Source: Bacillota bacterium
GTDB taxonomy: Bacteria > Bacillota > Dethiobacteria > SKNC01
Assembly: GCA_007121375.1 (NCBI GenBank)
Contig: SKLX01000009.1
Coordinates: 1-36,703, forward strand
Direction: 5' to 3'
Length of the DNA stretch: 36,703 nucleotides
Below, piece after piece: positions 25,056 to 35,620 of this stretch; the stretch's first letter is position 1; each line of letters begins with the position of its first letter. The notes beneath the pieces were generated by a model. It was given only the letters and a program-made list of their open reading frames with translations. It made no database searches and was not told where the DNA came from. The translations under genes and the position numbers were made by a program.

Positions 25056-26318
25056 TTACAACACCTCCTCGGGGGAACATATTTTTCCGGCCACTGCCGA
25101 GGCTGCTGCTATTGCCGGGTTGGATAAGTATACTTCACTTTCCGGGTGGCCCATCCGCCCTACAAAGTTCCGGTTAGTGGTGGCCAGGGCTTTTTCCCCT
25201 TTGGCCAGGACTCCCATATGGCCTCCCAGGCAGGGTCCGCAGGTAGGGGTGCTTACTGCCCCTTCCGCTTCAATAAATATGTCTATAAGGCCTTCCCTTA
25301 AAGCCTCCTGGTAAATCTTCTGGGTGCCCGGGATTACAATAAGGCGCACCCGGGGGTCCACCTTCTTGTTCTTCAATATCTCCGCCGAAACCCTCAGGTC
25401 TTCCAGCCTTCCATTGGTGCAAGACCCTATAATCACCTGGTCCAGGGGAATCTCCTCCACCTGGCTTATTCCCCGGGTGTTTTCGGGCGAGTGGGGAAAG
25501 GCCACCTGGGGCTCAATTTCCCCCACCTGGAATTCAATTACCTGGGAATAGCTGGCATCCCCATCACTGAAAAGTCCCCGGAAACTTCTCTGGGCCCTGC
25601 CCTCCAGGTAATTATAGGTTATCTCATCGGGTTCAATAATACCCGCCTTGGCTCCCGCTTCTATGGCCATATTGCTCATGGTAAGGCGCCCATCCATACT
25701 CATGTTCCTGATGGCAGGACCGGTAAACTCCATAACCTGGTACAGGGCCCCATCCACCCCGATCTGTCCAATGGTAAAGAGGATCAGGTCCTTTCCGCTT
25801 ACCCACTTCCTCAATTCTCCCTGGTAAACAAACTTGATGGTAGAAGGTACCTTGAACCAGGTTTCCCCCAGGGCCATGGCCGCTGCCATATCAGTACTGC
25901 CAATACCTGTCGCCAGGGCTCCCAGGGCACCATAAGTACATGTATGGGAATCGGCCCCGATTATAATCTCCCCGGGCAGGGTAAGGCCCAGTTCCGGTAG
26001 CAGGGCATGCTCTATTCCCATCCGTCCAATCTCAAAATAGTTTTTAATCTTCTGTTCCCGAGCAAACTCCTTTAATATTTTAGCCTGCTCTGCTGAAGGA
26101 ATATCCTTGTTGGGAGTGAAATGATCGGGAACCAGGACAATCCTCTCGGGATCAAATACCTTTTCCACCCCTATCTTCTTAAACTCTCTTATGGCCACGG
26201 GAGCGGTTATGTCATTTCCCAGGATCAAATCCACCCGGGCTTTTACCAGTTCCCCCGGCTTAACCTTATCCTTGTCTCCGCGACTGGCAATTATCTTCTC
26301 CGCCACGGTCATCCCCAT
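25056..26318 (-). CDS. leuC: 3-isopropylmalate dehydratase large subunit (short, ~420 aa type)
   Basis: The aconitase-family Cys ligands are GADSHT, GSCTNGR and CGPCLG. The ATG at 26318 has GAGGTG 6 nt upstream. This start overlaps the leuA 3' end by 53 nt. Confidence 0.9.
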   Translation of the reverse strand: MGMTVAEKIIASRGDKDKVKPGELVKARVDLILGNDITAPVAIREFKKIGVEKVFDPERIVLVPDHFTPNKDIPSAEQAKILKEFAREQKIKNYFEIGRMGIEHALLPELGLTLPGEIIIGADSHTCTYGALGALATGIGSTDMAAAMALGETWFKVPSTIKFVYQGELRKWVSGKDLILFTIGQIGVDGALYQVMEFTGPAIRNMSMDGRLTMSNMAIEAGAKAGIIEPDEITYNYLEGRAQRSFRGLFSDGDASYSQVIEFQVGEIEPQVAFPHSPENTRGISQVEEIPLDQVIIGSCTNGRLEDLRVSAEILKNKKVDPRVRLIVIPGTQKIYQEALREGLIDIFIEAEGAVSTPTCGPCLGGHMGVLAKGEKALATTNRNFVGRMGHPESEVYLSNPAIAAASAVAGKICSPEEVL

Positions 26319-27840
26319 AAAGCCCACCTCTTTTCTTCACAATCTTGTTAATAGCGTTAATATAAGCTTTTACGCTGGCTTCCAGTATGTCGGTACTTAC
26401 TCCCCGTCCGCTGATGATGTTGCCGTTATCCGTCAGGCGTATATTGACTTCTCCCAAGGCATCCCTGCCTCCTGTGACCGCCTTAATGGAATAATCCATA
26501 AGTTTGGTCTGTATGCCCGTGATCCGGTCTATGGTCCGGTACATGGCATCCACCGGGCCTCCGCCACAGGCAGCTTCCTCTATCAGCTCCCCTTCCCTTA
26601 TAATCCCCACAGTAGCCGTGGGACGGAACTTGTTCCCGGTAAAAATCTGGAAGTAGGAAAGCTGGTAGTATTCTGGGACTTTCCGGAGCTCTTCTTCAAT
26701 AATAGCCTCCATTTCATGCTCCGATACTATCTGTCTTTTGTCAACCAGGTCTTTAAACCGTTCAAAGAGCTTTTGTAATTCCTCCTCGGATAATTTCTCA
26801 AATCCCATCTCCTTTAATTTTATCTTAAAGGCATGCCTGCCTGAGTGTTTGCCCAGGACTATCCGGTTATCCAGCAACCCTATGGACTCAGGCTTCATAA
26901 TTTCATAGGTTGATTTCTCCTTCAGGACCCCGTCCTGGTGAATCCCCGATTCATGGGCAAAGGCATTTCTCCCTACCACCGCCTTGTTGGCCTGAACCAG
27001 CATGTTGGTCAGCTTACTTACCAGGCGGCTGGTGCGAAAAATATTTTTCTGGTTTATGTTGGTGCTGTAATACTGGTAAAAATCAGCCCGGGTAGCCAGG
27101 GTCATTACCAGTTCTTCCATAGCAGTGTTCCCGGCCCTTTCTCCAATCCCGTTAATGGTACATTCCACCTGGGTTACACCCTTTTCAATGGCTGCCAGGG
27201 AGTTGGCCAGGGCCAGGCCCAGGTCGTTGTGGCAGTGAACACTTAAGGTTATTTTATCTGTAGCGGGAACCTTTTCCCTGATCCTTTCAATAAGCTGCCC
27301 GAACTGCTGGGGAACCTGGTAACCTACCGTGTCGGGAACATTTATTACGGTGGCCCCTGCCTGGATAACCCGTTCAATTACCTGGCAGAGAAAGTCCAGG
27401 TCCGAACGGCTGGCATCCTCCGCCGAAAACTGTACATCCTCCACGTATTTTTTGGCATACTTAACCCCCGCCTCAGCCATTTCCAGAACTTCTTCCCGGG
27501 TTTTATTTAATTTATATTTTAAATGAATGTCTGAAGTGGCGATGAAGGTATGTATGCGAGGACGCCGGGCTTTTTCCAGGGACTCCCAGGCCGTGTCAAT
27601 ATCCTCCTGCCTGGTCCGGGCCAGGGCTGCAATAACCGGCTCTTTAACATTCTCGGAAATCAGCTTTATGGCCTGGAGATCCCCGGCGGAGGTTATGGGA
27701 AATCCCCCTTCTATAATATCTACCTTTAATTTTTCCAGGTTCCTGGCAATTTCTAGTTTTTCTTCGGGACACAGGTTAACTCCCGGGGACTGCTCCCCGT
27801 CCCGAAGGGTAGTATCTAGAATTTCGATTATCCCCGGCAT
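26266..27840 (-). CDS. leuA: 2-isopropylmalate synthase (a citramalate-synthase function cannot be excluded by eye)
   Basis: 524 aa. Motifs seen: [32 protein letters not shown], and the C-terminal LeuA-dimer/regulatory domain. RBS AGGAGG. Confidence 0.85.
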   Translation of the reverse strand: MPGIIEILDTTLRDGEQSPGVNLCPEEKLEIARNLEKLKVDIIEGGFPITSAGDLQAIKLISENVKEPVIAALARTRQEDIDTAWESLEKARRPRIHTFIATSDIHLKYKLNKTREEVLEMAEAGVKYAKKYVEDVQFSAEDASRSDLDFLCQVIERVIQAGATVINVPDTVGYQVPQQFGQLIERIREKVPATDKITLSVHCHNDLGLALANSLAAIEKGVTQVECTINGIGERAGNTAMEELVMTLATRADFYQYYSTNINQKNIFRTSRLVSKLTNMLVQANKAVVGRNAFAHESGIHQDGVLKEKSTYEIMKPESIGLLDNRIVLGKHSGRHAFKIKLKEMGFEKLSEEELQKLFERFKDLVDKRQIVSEHEMEAIIEEELRKVPEYYQLSYFQIFTGNKFRPTATVGIIREGELIEEAACGGGPVDAMYRTIDRITGIQTKLMDYSIKAVTGGRDALGEVNIRLTDNGNIISGRGVSTDILEASVKAYINAINKIVKKRGGLYGDDRGGEDNCQSRRQG

Positions 27841-27852
27841 GGCCCTTTCCTC

Positions 27853-28851
27853 CTAGGTTCTCTTGATAATCCAGCTCATCATTCCCCGCAGCTTCTGCCC
27901 CACCTTCTCGATGAGGTGCTCCTCATCCTGCCGGTTCAGGGCATTGAACACAGGGCGGTTGGCCTGGTTTTCCAGGATCCACTTTTTAGCAAACTCCCCG
28001 TTTTGAATTTCTTCCAGGAGCCTTTTCATTTCTTTACGGGTTTCTTTATTTACAATCCTTTTCCCACAGGTCAGGTCTCCATACTGGGCCGTATCACTTA
28101 TGGAATAGCGCATCCCCGAAAGACCCCCCTCGTATATAAGGTCCACAATGAGTTTTAGCTCGTGGAGGCATTCGAAATAAGCCACTTCCGGCTGGTAGCC
28201 CTCCTCCACCAGGGTGTCAAAACCAGCCTTAATTAGCTCCGATACCCCGCCGCACAGGACCGCCTGCTCCCCAAAGAGGTCCGTTTCCGTTTCCTCCTGG
28301 AAGGTGGTTTCAATGACTCCCGCCCGGGTGCAGCCTACACCCTTGGCATAAGCCAGGCCCAGGTCTTTAGCCTTACCGGTAAAATCCTGGTACACCGCCA
28401 GGAGCCCGGGAACTCCAGTGCCCTCCTGAAAGGTCCGACGAACCAGGTGGCCAGGGCCCTTGGGGGCTATCATAAAAACATCCACATATTCGGGAGGCAC
28501 AATCTGTCCAAAGTGTATATTAAAACCGTGGGAAAAAACCAGGGCATTTTCTTTTCCTAAAAAGGGGGCTATAGAACTGGTGTATACCGCCCTTTGTATT
28601 TCGTCATTAATAAGTATTTGAATCATGTCCGCTTCTTTAGCGGCTTCCTCCGTATTTAAAACCTTAAAACCATCTTCCTCCGCCCTTTCCCAGGCCTCAC
28701 TGTGGGGAAGTTCACTGATAAGGACATCTATTCCTGAATCCCTCAAGTTCTGGGCCTGGGCATGACCCTGGCTTCCGTAGCCAAGAATGGCAACCTTTCT
28801 TTCCTTTAACCCTTCTAAATTGGCATCTTCATCATAATACATTTTAACCAC
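27853..28851 (-). CDS. ilvC: Ketol-acid reductoisomerase
   Basis: Motifs seen: [21 protein letters not shown] and class I KARI blocks. The GTG at 28851 gives [11 protein letters not shown] (compare B. subtilis MVKVYYNGD) and has an SD 5 nt upstream. Alternatives are the ATG at 28842 or the track start at 28869. Confidence 0.95.
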   Translation of the reverse strand: MVKMYYDEDANLEGLKERKVAILGYGSQGHAQAQNLRDSGIDVLISELPHSEAWERAEEDGFKVLNTEEAAKEADMIQILINDEIQRAVYTSSIAPFLGKENALVFSHGFNIHFGQIVPPEYVDVFMIAPKGPGHLVRRTFQEGTGVPGLLAVYQDFTGKAKDLGLAYAKGVGCTRAGVIETTFQEETETDLFGEQAVLCGGVSELIKAGFDTLVEEGYQPEVAYFECLHELKLIVDLIYEGGLSGMRYSISDTAQYGDLTCGKRIVNKETRKEMKRLLEEIQNGEFAKKWILENQANRPVFNALNRQDEEHLIEKVGQKLRGMMSWIIKRT

Positions 28852-29359
28852 TTTTACCACCCTCTCCATTCATTTTAATAAACTTAACACCCCTCATCAT
28901 GGCAATCTTTCCGGTGCGGACCAGCTCCTGGATACCAAAGTGCTTGAGGAGCAGCTCAAAGGCCTTTATCTTTTCCTCATCTCCGGTGACTTCTACAATT
29001 ATGGAATCCAGGGAAACATCCACTATTTTAGCCCGAAAGGTTTCTACCAGCTGCTGGAGCTCGGCCCTCATGGAGGGTTCTGCCTTAACCTTGATAAGCA
29101 CCAGTTCCCGGTTTACGGTAGATTCATTAGTCAGGTTGCTTATCTTTACCACATCTATAAGCTTATTAAGCTGTTTAATAACCTGCTCAATGACCTTTTC
29201 ATCACCCTCTACCAGAATGGTCATCCGGGAAAGATCTTTATCTTCGATTTCTCCTACGGCGATGCTGTCAATATTAAATCCCCTCCGGCTGAAAAGACCT
29301 GCTACCCGGGTAAGGACTCCCGGCCTATTTTCTACAATAACTGACAGGACATGCCTCAT
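28844..29359 (-). CDS. ilvN: Acetolactate synthase small (regulatory) subunit
   Basis: 171 aa. The ACT domain begins [32 protein letters not shown]. The gene overlaps ilvB by 4 nt (ATGA). Confidence 0.9.
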   Translation of the reverse strand: MRHVLSVIVENRPGVLTRVAGLFSRRGFNIDSIAVGEIEDKDLSRMTILVEGDEKVIEQVIKQLNKLIDVVKISNLTNESTVNRELVLIKVKAEPSMRAELQQLVETFRAKIVDVSLDSIIVEVTGDEEKIKAFELLLKHFGIQELVRTGKIAMMRGVKFIKMNGEGGKSG

Positions 29360-31035
29360 TTTGTACCCCCTCCTAATATCTTGTTGATGGGGCTGGCAGG
29401 AGGAACCATGGGAAATACATTTTCCTCGGGCACCACCTGAAAATCTATAAATACGGGCCTATCATTAATTTCCATGGCCTTTTCCAGGGCAGGGACAACC
29501 TCCTGGGGCTTGGTAACCCGGATTCCTGCTGCTCCGTAAGCCTCCGCCAGCTTAACAAAGTCGGGGCTCCCTTCCAGGCAGGTTGAGGAATAGCGCCGCT
29601 GGAAAAAGAGTTCCTGCCACTGGCGAACCATTCCCAGGAACTGGTTATTGATGATGGCGACCTTGATGGGAAGTTTGTTGCATACAGCGGTAGCTATTTC
29701 CTGGGAGTTCATCTGTATGCTGCCGTCTCCAGCTATACAGAAGACCTTTTCCTGGGGGCATCCCACCTGGGCCCCAATGGCGGCAGGGAAACCGTAGCCC
29801 ATGGTGCCCAACCCTCCTGAAGAAATAAGGCTCCTTGACCTTTTAAATTTAAAATACTGGGCCGTCCACATCTGGTGCTGCCCCACATCAGTAGTAATTA
29901 TGGCCTCCCCATCGGTAATTTTGCAGATCTCCTGGATTATATGCTGGGGTTTTAATTCTTCCTGGGAGAAACTATAGGTCAGGGGATACTCTTTTTTCCA
30001 TCTCCCTATCTGTTCGACCCATTCCTCCGTTTCTCCTTTTTTCAACTTTTTTAGCATTTGTTCTAAAACCCGCCGGACGTCACCCACAATGGGTACGTCT
30101 ACCTCCACATTTTTGCCGATCTCCGCCGGGTCAATATCTATATGAATAATCTTGGCATGGGGAGCAAAACTGTCTACCCTACCCGTAACCCGGTCATCAA
30201 AACGCATCCCAATAGCAATGATCAGGTCTGCTTCGGTAACGGCATAATTGGCATAGACCGTTCCGTGCATACCCAGCATCCCCAAGAAAAGGGGGTGTCC
30301 CCCCGGAAAACTTCCCAGGCCCATCAGAGTATTGGTTACAGGGATCTGGCCTATCTCCGCTAGCTTGATAAGTTCCTCCTGGGCTCCCGAGCTTACCACT
30401 CCTCCTCCGGCACAGATAACAGGTCTTTTGGCCTCTTTGATAACCCGGACAGCCCGGTTAATCTGGCCTCCATGCCCCGTGTAGGTAGGTTTGTAGCTCC
30501 GCAAATCCACCTTTTCCGGGTATTTAAAATCCGCCTCCTGGGCCAGTACATCCCGGGGGATATCCACCAGGACGGGTCCCGGCCTCCCCGTAGTAGCTAC
30601 ATAAAAGGCTTCCTTTAATATTTGAGGGATATCCCTGGTTTCTTTTACCAGGTAGTTGTGCTTGGTAATAGGCAGGGTAATTCCTGTAATATCCGCTTCC
30701 TGGAAGGCATCGGTGCCGATAAGATTTGCCGGAACCTGGCCCGTCAGGGCAACAATGGGAACGGAATCCATATAGGCATTGGCAATTCCTGTTACCAGGT
30801 TAGTGGCTCCCGGCCCCGAGGTGGCAATGCAAACCCCCGCCTTTCCCGTAGCCCGGGAATAACCGTCGGCAGCATGGATTCCTCCCTGCTCATGGCGGGG
30901 CATTATGTGGGTTATATCCGCATCGTAGAGGGCATCATAGAGGGGAAGAACCGCTCCCCCGGGATATCCAAAAACAACATCCACATTTTCTCTCTTTAAG
31001 GCTTCAACTACCATCATGGCCCCCTTAATTTTCAT
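29356..31035 (-). CDS. ilvB: Acetolactate synthase large (catalytic) subunit
   Basis: 559 aa. This is a ThDP enzyme, with the motif [15 protein letters not shown] and the N-terminus [25 protein letters not shown]. Confidence 0.95.
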   Translation of the reverse strand: MKIKGAMMVVEALKRENVDVVFGYPGGAVLPLYDALYDADITHIMPRHEQGGIHAADGYSRATGKAGVCIATSGPGATNLVTGIANAYMDSVPIVALTGQVPANLIGTDAFQEADITGITLPITKHNYLVKETRDIPQILKEAFYVATTGRPGPVLVDIPRDVLAQEADFKYPEKVDLRSYKPTYTGHGGQINRAVRVIKEAKRPVICAGGGVVSSGAQEELIKLAEIGQIPVTNTLMGLGSFPGGHPLFLGMLGMHGTVYANYAVTEADLIIAIGMRFDDRVTGRVDSFAPHAKIIHIDIDPAEIGKNVEVDVPIVGDVRRVLEQMLKKLKKGETEEWVEQIGRWKKEYPLTYSFSQEELKPQHIIQEICKITDGEAIITTDVGQHQMWTAQYFKFKRSRSLISSGGLGTMGYGFPAAIGAQVGCPQEKVFCIAGDGSIQMNSQEIATAVCNKLPIKVAIINNQFLGMVRQWQELFFQRRYSSTCLEGSPDFVKLAEAYGAAGIRVTKPQEVVPALEKAMEINDRPVFIDFQVVPEENVFPMVPPASPINKILGGGTK

Positions 31036-31039
31036 ATCT

Positions 31040-32710
31040 TTATGTCACCTCCCTTTTAAAAATGGCTCCGGTACTGGCTGAACTAACCAGTCGGCTGTAC
31101 CTGCCCAGGTATCCCCTTTCATATTTAAAGGGAGGCAGTTTCAGCTCCTTTAACCGCTTATCTATTTCTTCCCCGGTAAGCTCCACTTCCAGCTTACGCC
31201 CCGGGATATCAATCTTAATCAGGTCCCCCTCCTCCAGGGCAGCTATAGGTCCCTTTTCCATGGCCTCAGGGGATACATGGCCTATAGAAGCTCCCCGGGT
31301 GGCTCCGGAAAACCTGCCGTCGGTAATTAAAGATACCTCCCGGTCCAGGCCCATGCCCGCCAGGGCAGAAGTAGGACTCAGCATCTCCCTCATCCCCGGT
31401 CCTCCTTTTGGCCCTTCAAAGGCAATAACTACAACATCTCCGGCTAAAATCCGGCCATCCAAAATGGCTTTGGAAGCCTCTTCTTCCCTTTTAAAAATGC
31501 GGGCCCGCCCCTGGTGCTTCATCATTTCCGGTGCCACGGCTCCTTGCTTGACCACAGCTCCTTCGGGGGCCAGGTTTCCCATGAGGACCGCTATCCCCCC
31601 GTGCTCGCTGTAAGGATCTTCCACGGAACGGATGACCTGGGGATTTAAAATTTCCCCCTTCCCCAGGAGTTCCTCCATGTCCTTACCCCCGGCGGTCATA
31701 ACTTTTCCGTCAATCAAACCGTGCTTTAAAAGCTCCCTCAGTACTGCCGTAACACCCCCGGCAGCCCTTAAGTCCTGGATATGATGGGGACCGGCGGGGC
31801 TGAGTTTACACAGCTGGGGGGTCCGGGAGCTTACCCGGTCTACCAGCTTCAAGTCCAGTTTAATGCCTGCTTCATGGGAAATGGCGGGAAGATGAAGTAT
31901 GGTGTTGGTAGAACCTCCCAGGGCCATATCCAGGGCCAGGGCATTCTGGAAAGCCTCTTCCACCAGGATATCCCCCGGCAGTATTTCCCTTTCTAAAAGC
32001 TCCATAACCTTCATCCCCGTTTCCTTGGCCAACCGGTACCGGGCCCCTTCCACGGCAGGTATGGTTCCGTTCCCAGGAAGGGCCATTCCTAAGGCCTCCG
32101 TCAGGCAGTTCATGGAGTTGGCGGTAAACATTCCCGCGCAGGAACCGCAGCCGGGACAGGCAGCCTCCTCCAGCTGCTCCAGTTCCTCAAAAGTCATATT
32201 CCCGGCTTTAACGGCTCCCACCCCTTCAAAAACATTGCTCAAATCCACCTCTTTATCTTTAAACCTTCCTGCCATCATGGGTCCTCCGCTTACAAAAAGG
32301 GAGGGAATATTTAAGCGAGCAGCAGCCATAAGCATCCCGGGGATTATCTTATCGCAGTTAGGAATAAATACCAGGGCATCAAACCCGTGGGCCATAACCA
32401 CCGTCTCAATGGAATCGGCTATTAACTCCCGGCTGGGCAGGGAAAAATACATCCCTTCATGGTTCATGGCAATTCCATCACACACCCCTATGGTTGAAAA
32501 CTCCTGGGGAGTTCCTCCCGCCATGTAAATCCCCGCCTTAACTCCCTTGGCAATTTCCCCCAGATGAATATGCCCGGGAATTATTTCATTAGCGGAATTC
32601 ACCACTCCCACCAGGGGACGTTCCATCTCCTCCCTGGTATATCCCATAGCATTAAAAAGGGAACGATGGGGAGCCCTTTCCAGGCCCTTCTTGACTCTGT
32701 CGCTTCGCAA
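31040..32710 (-). CDS. ilvD: Dihydroxy-acid dehydratase
   Basis: Motifs seen: [25 protein letters not shown], and the Fe-S Cys residues. The TTG at 32710 has GAGGAGGGTG 6 nt upstream. The track ORF starts at an earlier TTG at 32728. Confidence 0.95.
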   Translation of the reverse strand: MRSDRVKKGLERAPHRSLFNAMGYTREEMERPLVGVVNSANEIIPGHIHLGEIAKGVKAGIYMAGGTPQEFSTIGVCDGIAMNHEGMYFSLPSRELIADSIETVVMAHGFDALVFIPNCDKIIPGMLMAAARLNIPSLFVSGGPMMAGRFKDKEVDLSNVFEGVGAVKAGNMTFEELEQLEEAACPGCGSCAGMFTANSMNCLTEALGMALPGNGTIPAVEGARYRLAKETGMKVMELLEREILPGDILVEEAFQNALALDMALGGSTNTILHLPAISHEAGIKLDLKLVDRVSSRTPQLCKLSPAGPHHIQDLRAAGGVTAVLRELLKHGLIDGKVMTAGGKDMEELLGKGEILNPQVIRSVEDPYSEHGGIAVLMGNLAPEGAVVKQGAVAPEMMKHQGRARIFKREEEASKAILDGRILAGDVVVIAFEGPKGGPGMREMLSPTSALAGMGLDREVSLITDGRFSGATRGASIGHVSPEAMEKGPIAALEEGDLIKIDIPGRKLEVELTGEEIDKRLKELKLPPFKYERGYLGRYSRLVSSASTGAIFKREVT

Positions 32711-32752
32711 GCTTTTCACCCTCCTCAAAACTATTATAGTTTTATTCGTCCT

Positions 32753-33631
32753 TTATTCATAAATGGGTGTTCCGTTATTCATAACGTAATCATTGAAAGC
32801 CCTCATTATGTCACAGGTTATTTTGCCCGGCTTGCCGTCGCCGATCTCCCGCCCGTCTACATCAATTACAGGTATAACCTCGGCAGCTGTTCCCGTTAAA
32901 AAACACTCGGAGGCCACATAGAGGTCGTGGCGGGTAAAGGGCCTTTCCAGAATGGTATAACCCTTTTTAGCCGCCAGTTCCATAACCACTTCCCGGGTAA
33001 TGCCCTCCAGGGCTCCCACATAGGTGGGAGGAGTAATAATTTTCCCTTTACGCACTATAAATATATTGTCTCCCGATCCCTCCGTTATGTATCCGGAGCG
33101 GTTGAACATAATGGCCTCTAAAACTCCTGCCCGATTGGCTTCAATTTTTACCAGGATATTGTTCAGGTAATTCAAAGACTTAATCTTGGGATCCAGGGCA
33201 TCGGGAATGTTTCGGCGGGTAGCCACGGTAATTACCCTTAACCCCTCTTCATAATATTCCCGGGGATAAATGGATATCTTGCTGGCAATTATGACCACTG
33301 TAGGCCTGGGGCACTTCTGGGGGTCCAGGCCCAGGTCTCCCACTCCCCGGGACACTACTATTCGAATATAAGCATCCGTCAGTTCATTCCTACGCAGGGT
33401 CTCCAGGACCGCCTCTTCCATTTCCTCCAGGGTCAGGGGAATAAAAAGCATGATTGATTTAGCCGACTCGTAAAGCCTCACCAGGTGTTCCGTCAACTTG
33501 AATACCCTGCCGTTGTAAGTCCTGATCCCTTCAAAAACCCCATCTCCGTAAAGATAACCATGATCAAAAACGGAAACCCTTGCTTCCTCCCGGGGCACCA
33601 GTTCCCCATCAATATACACAAGCTCCTGCAT
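32753..33631 (-). CDS. ilvE: Branched-chain amino acid aminotransferase (fold type IV)
   Basis: Motifs seen: VSVFDHGYLYGDGVFEGIR and ..LEGITR.. . The ATG at 33631 has GGAGGAGGTG 6 nt upstream. The track start (GTG at 33640) abuts the SD. Confidence 0.9.
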   Translation of the reverse strand: MQELVYIDGELVPREEARVSVFDHGYLYGDGVFEGIRTYNGRVFKLTEHLVRLYESAKSIMLFIPLTLEEMEEAVLETLRRNELTDAYIRIVVSRGVGDLGLDPQKCPRPTVVIIASKISIYPREYYEEGLRVITVATRRNIPDALDPKIKSLNYLNNILVKIEANRAGVLEAIMFNRSGYITEGSGDNIFIVRKGKIITPPTYVGALEGITREVVMELAAKKGYTILERPFTRHDLYVASECFLTGTAAEVIPVIDVDGREIGDGKPGKITCDIMRAFNDYVMNNGTPIYE

Positions 33632-33660
33632 CAGTTGCACCTCCTCCGATAATAATTTGA

Positions 33661-33701
33661 TAAAAATAAAACCTTTCGCCCGGTGCTTAAGGGGCGAAAG
33701 G
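33661..33701 (-). terminator. Intrinsic terminator (attenuator) of the T-box leader
   Basis: A 10-bp stem CCTTTCGCCC / GGGCGAAAGG with a 10-nt loop, then TTTTATTTTA on the minus strand. Its 5' arm can instead pair with the T-box sequence (GCGAAA/TTTCGC) to form the antiterminator. Confidence 0.8.
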
Positions 33702-33927
33702 ATTATTTCGCGGTACCACCCTTATTACCCTGGCATACAAAACCAGGGCCTCTTCAGGTTAAACCCCTGGATAACGGCCAGGCCGGCTCCGCTTACTAAA
33801 AGTTCAGCGGGCAGCTCCAGGGTGACTTGGAACCCGAGCAAGGCACCGGTTTCCCAGCTATTCACCGGCTCTCTGTATCCTGTGCTCCGGCCTACTTGTC
33901 CCCTTCACAGCTTTTTTTCAAAAAATT
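33661..33927 (-). promoter_or_regulatory. T-box riboswitch leader of the ilv-leu operon, apparent specifier GUC (Val)
   Basis: All canonical elements occur in order on the minus strand: AGUA (caAGUAgg), AG box AGAGAG, distal loop GCUGGGA, specifier loop CCAAGUCA (GUC at 33824-33826, followed by A), AGUA-II, F-box CCGUUA, stem III CCCUGG...CCAGGG, the T-box GGGUGGUACCGCG (33709-33720), and the terminator. Confidence 0.85.
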
Positions 33928-33933
33928 TTTTTA

Positions 33934-33962
33934 ATTATAAACTAAAGGGGACCCTTTGTCAA
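33934..33962 (-). promoter_or_regulatory. Consensus sigmaA promoter of the ilv-leu operon (-35 TTGACA, 17-nt spacer, -10 TATAAT)
   Basis: Both hexamers are perfect and the spacing is optimal. It lies directly upstream of the T-box leader. Confidence 0.75.
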
Positions 33963-33991
33963 CCGGAATTACCTTCAAATGCCCGCCAGGA

Positions 33992-35482
33992 CTAGATAGG
34001 ATAACCTATAGTCCTGCCTTCCTTATCCTTCACTGCCATGGCGGGATCGATGCTGCCAATTTTTTCTAAATTAAGGTCCGCTGCCTCCGCCTTTTCTTCC
34101 TCCCGGGCTTCCTTACCCGGGGCCCCATGTAAGGGAGGCTCCAGGCCCTTTCTCCTCTTGAAAAAGGCTTCTGCCACCTGGGGGAATATGGCATAAGTAA
34201 TGGCATCCTCTTCCTTTTCCATGAGATCTTTAATGGCCTCCCGGGATTTTTCCATCTCTGGAGGCAAGTTATCCGCCGGCCGGTTGGTAATAGGTTCTTC
34301 CTCCTTTAAGACCTTTTCTTGCAGCTCTTCGTTCATGGGTGCCGGAGGCTGACCGTAAAGACCCTTCAAATAGTTTTTAACCTCCGTGGAAACCATTTTA
34401 TAGCGCTCGCCCATAATCACGTTTACCACCGCCTGGGTTCCCACAATCTGGCTGGAAGGAGTAACCAGGGGCGGATATCCCAGGTCAGCCCTGACCCGGG
34501 GGACTTCCTCCAGAACCTGGGACAATAGGTGGGTAGCGTTTTGCTCTGCCAGCTGGGATACCAGGTTAGAGATCATGCCTCCCGGCACCTGGTAGGTTAA
34601 TACGTTAGTATCGACTCCCAGGGCTACATCTACAGGTATAACATAATTCTTTCTGATTTCCTTGAAGTGGTTGCTTACCTGGAGTAAAAGCTCCTGGTCC
34701 AGCTCCGTATCGTAAGGAGTCCCCCTGAGGGCTGTCACCATGGTATCCGTGGGAGGTTGAGAAGTTCCCAGGGATAAGGGAGAAGAAGCCGTATCTATCA
34801 CATCCACTCCTGCCTCAATAGCCTTCAGGTAGGCCATGGAGGCCATTCCGCTGGTGTAGTGGCAGTGAAGCTGAATGGGAATATCAACCGCTTCTTTAAG
34901 CTGCCCAACCAGTTCGTAGGCATCATAAGGGGAAATCAGCCCCGCCATATCCTTTATGCAGAAGGAATCGGCACCCATTTCTGATAGTTTCCTGGCTATA
35001 TCCACAAAGTGGGCAATATCATGGTAGGGGCTTATGGTATAGCTGACAGTGGTCTGGGCATGAATCCCCACCTTTTTACATACCTCCAGAGCCTTTTCCA
35101 TGTTGCGCACGTCATTCAAGGCATCAAAAATGCGGATTATATCCAGCCCACATTCTGCCGTGTTTTTAATAAAGGCCTCCACCACATCGTCGCCATAGTG
35201 GCGGTATCCCACCAGATTCTGCCCCCGCAGGAGCATCTGCAGTTTGGTGTTCTTTAAATGCTTTCTTAAAATCCTCAGGCGCTCCCAGGGATCCTCATCC
35301 AGAAAACGCATGCAGCTGTCGAAGGTGGCTCCTCCCCAAACCTCCAGGGAGTGATAACCCACCTGGTCCATCACTTCCAGGATGGGAACCATTTCTTCCG
35401 TCTTCATCCGGGTGGCCATCAGGGACTGGTGAGCATCCCTGAGGCTTGTATCGGTAATCAAAACCTTCCTTTTTTCCGTCAA
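33992..35482 (-). CDS. Carboxyltransferase of the oxaloacetate decarboxylase alpha / transcarboxylase 5S / PycB family, lacking a biotinyl domain
   Basis: 496 aa. The N-terminus ITDTSLRDAHQSLMATRM...LEVWGGATFD matches the family, and HCH metal ligands are present. No AMKM biotin motif occurs in the C-terminal 60 aa. TTG start, with GAAGGGGTG 8 nt upstream. Confidence 0.85.
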   Translation of the reverse strand: MTEKRKVLITDTSLRDAHQSLMATRMKTEEMVPILEVMDQVGYHSLEVWGGATFDSCMRFLDEDPWERLRILRKHLKNTKLQMLLRGQNLVGYRHYGDDVVEAFIKNTAECGLDIIRIFDALNDVRNMEKALEVCKKVGIHAQTTVSYTISPYHDIAHFVDIARKLSEMGADSFCIKDMAGLISPYDAYELVGQLKEAVDIPIQLHCHYTSGMASMAYLKAIEAGVDVIDTASSPLSLGTSQPPTDTMVTALRGTPYDTELDQELLLQVSNHFKEIRKNYVIPVDVALGVDTNVLTYQVPGGMISNLVSQLAEQNATHLLSQVLEEVPRVRADLGYPPLVTPSSQIVGTQAVVNVIMGERYKMVSTEVKNYLKGLYGQPPAPMNEELQEKVLKEEEPITNRPADNLPPEMEKSREAIKDLMEKEEDAITYAIFPQVAEAFFKRRKGLEPPLHGAPGKEAREEEKAEAADLNLEKIGSIDPAMAVKDKEGRTIGYPI

Positions 35483-35620
35483 TGAAAATTCACCCCTTCT
35501 CGTGAAAGTTAAATTTAAAATTCTACCAAAAGAAGAATAATCCTTCCTCCTTCTTAAAGTTCTTAAAAATAAGGGTAACCTTCCTTTATTAAAACTATCC
35601 CTTCCTTAATCTTCTTTTTA

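Noticed and set aside
35483-35620. An intrinsic terminator after gyrA
   Set aside because: The only candidate is an AAGGG/CCCTT 5-bp pairing with a 23-nt loop before ATTTTT. That is too weak to call.
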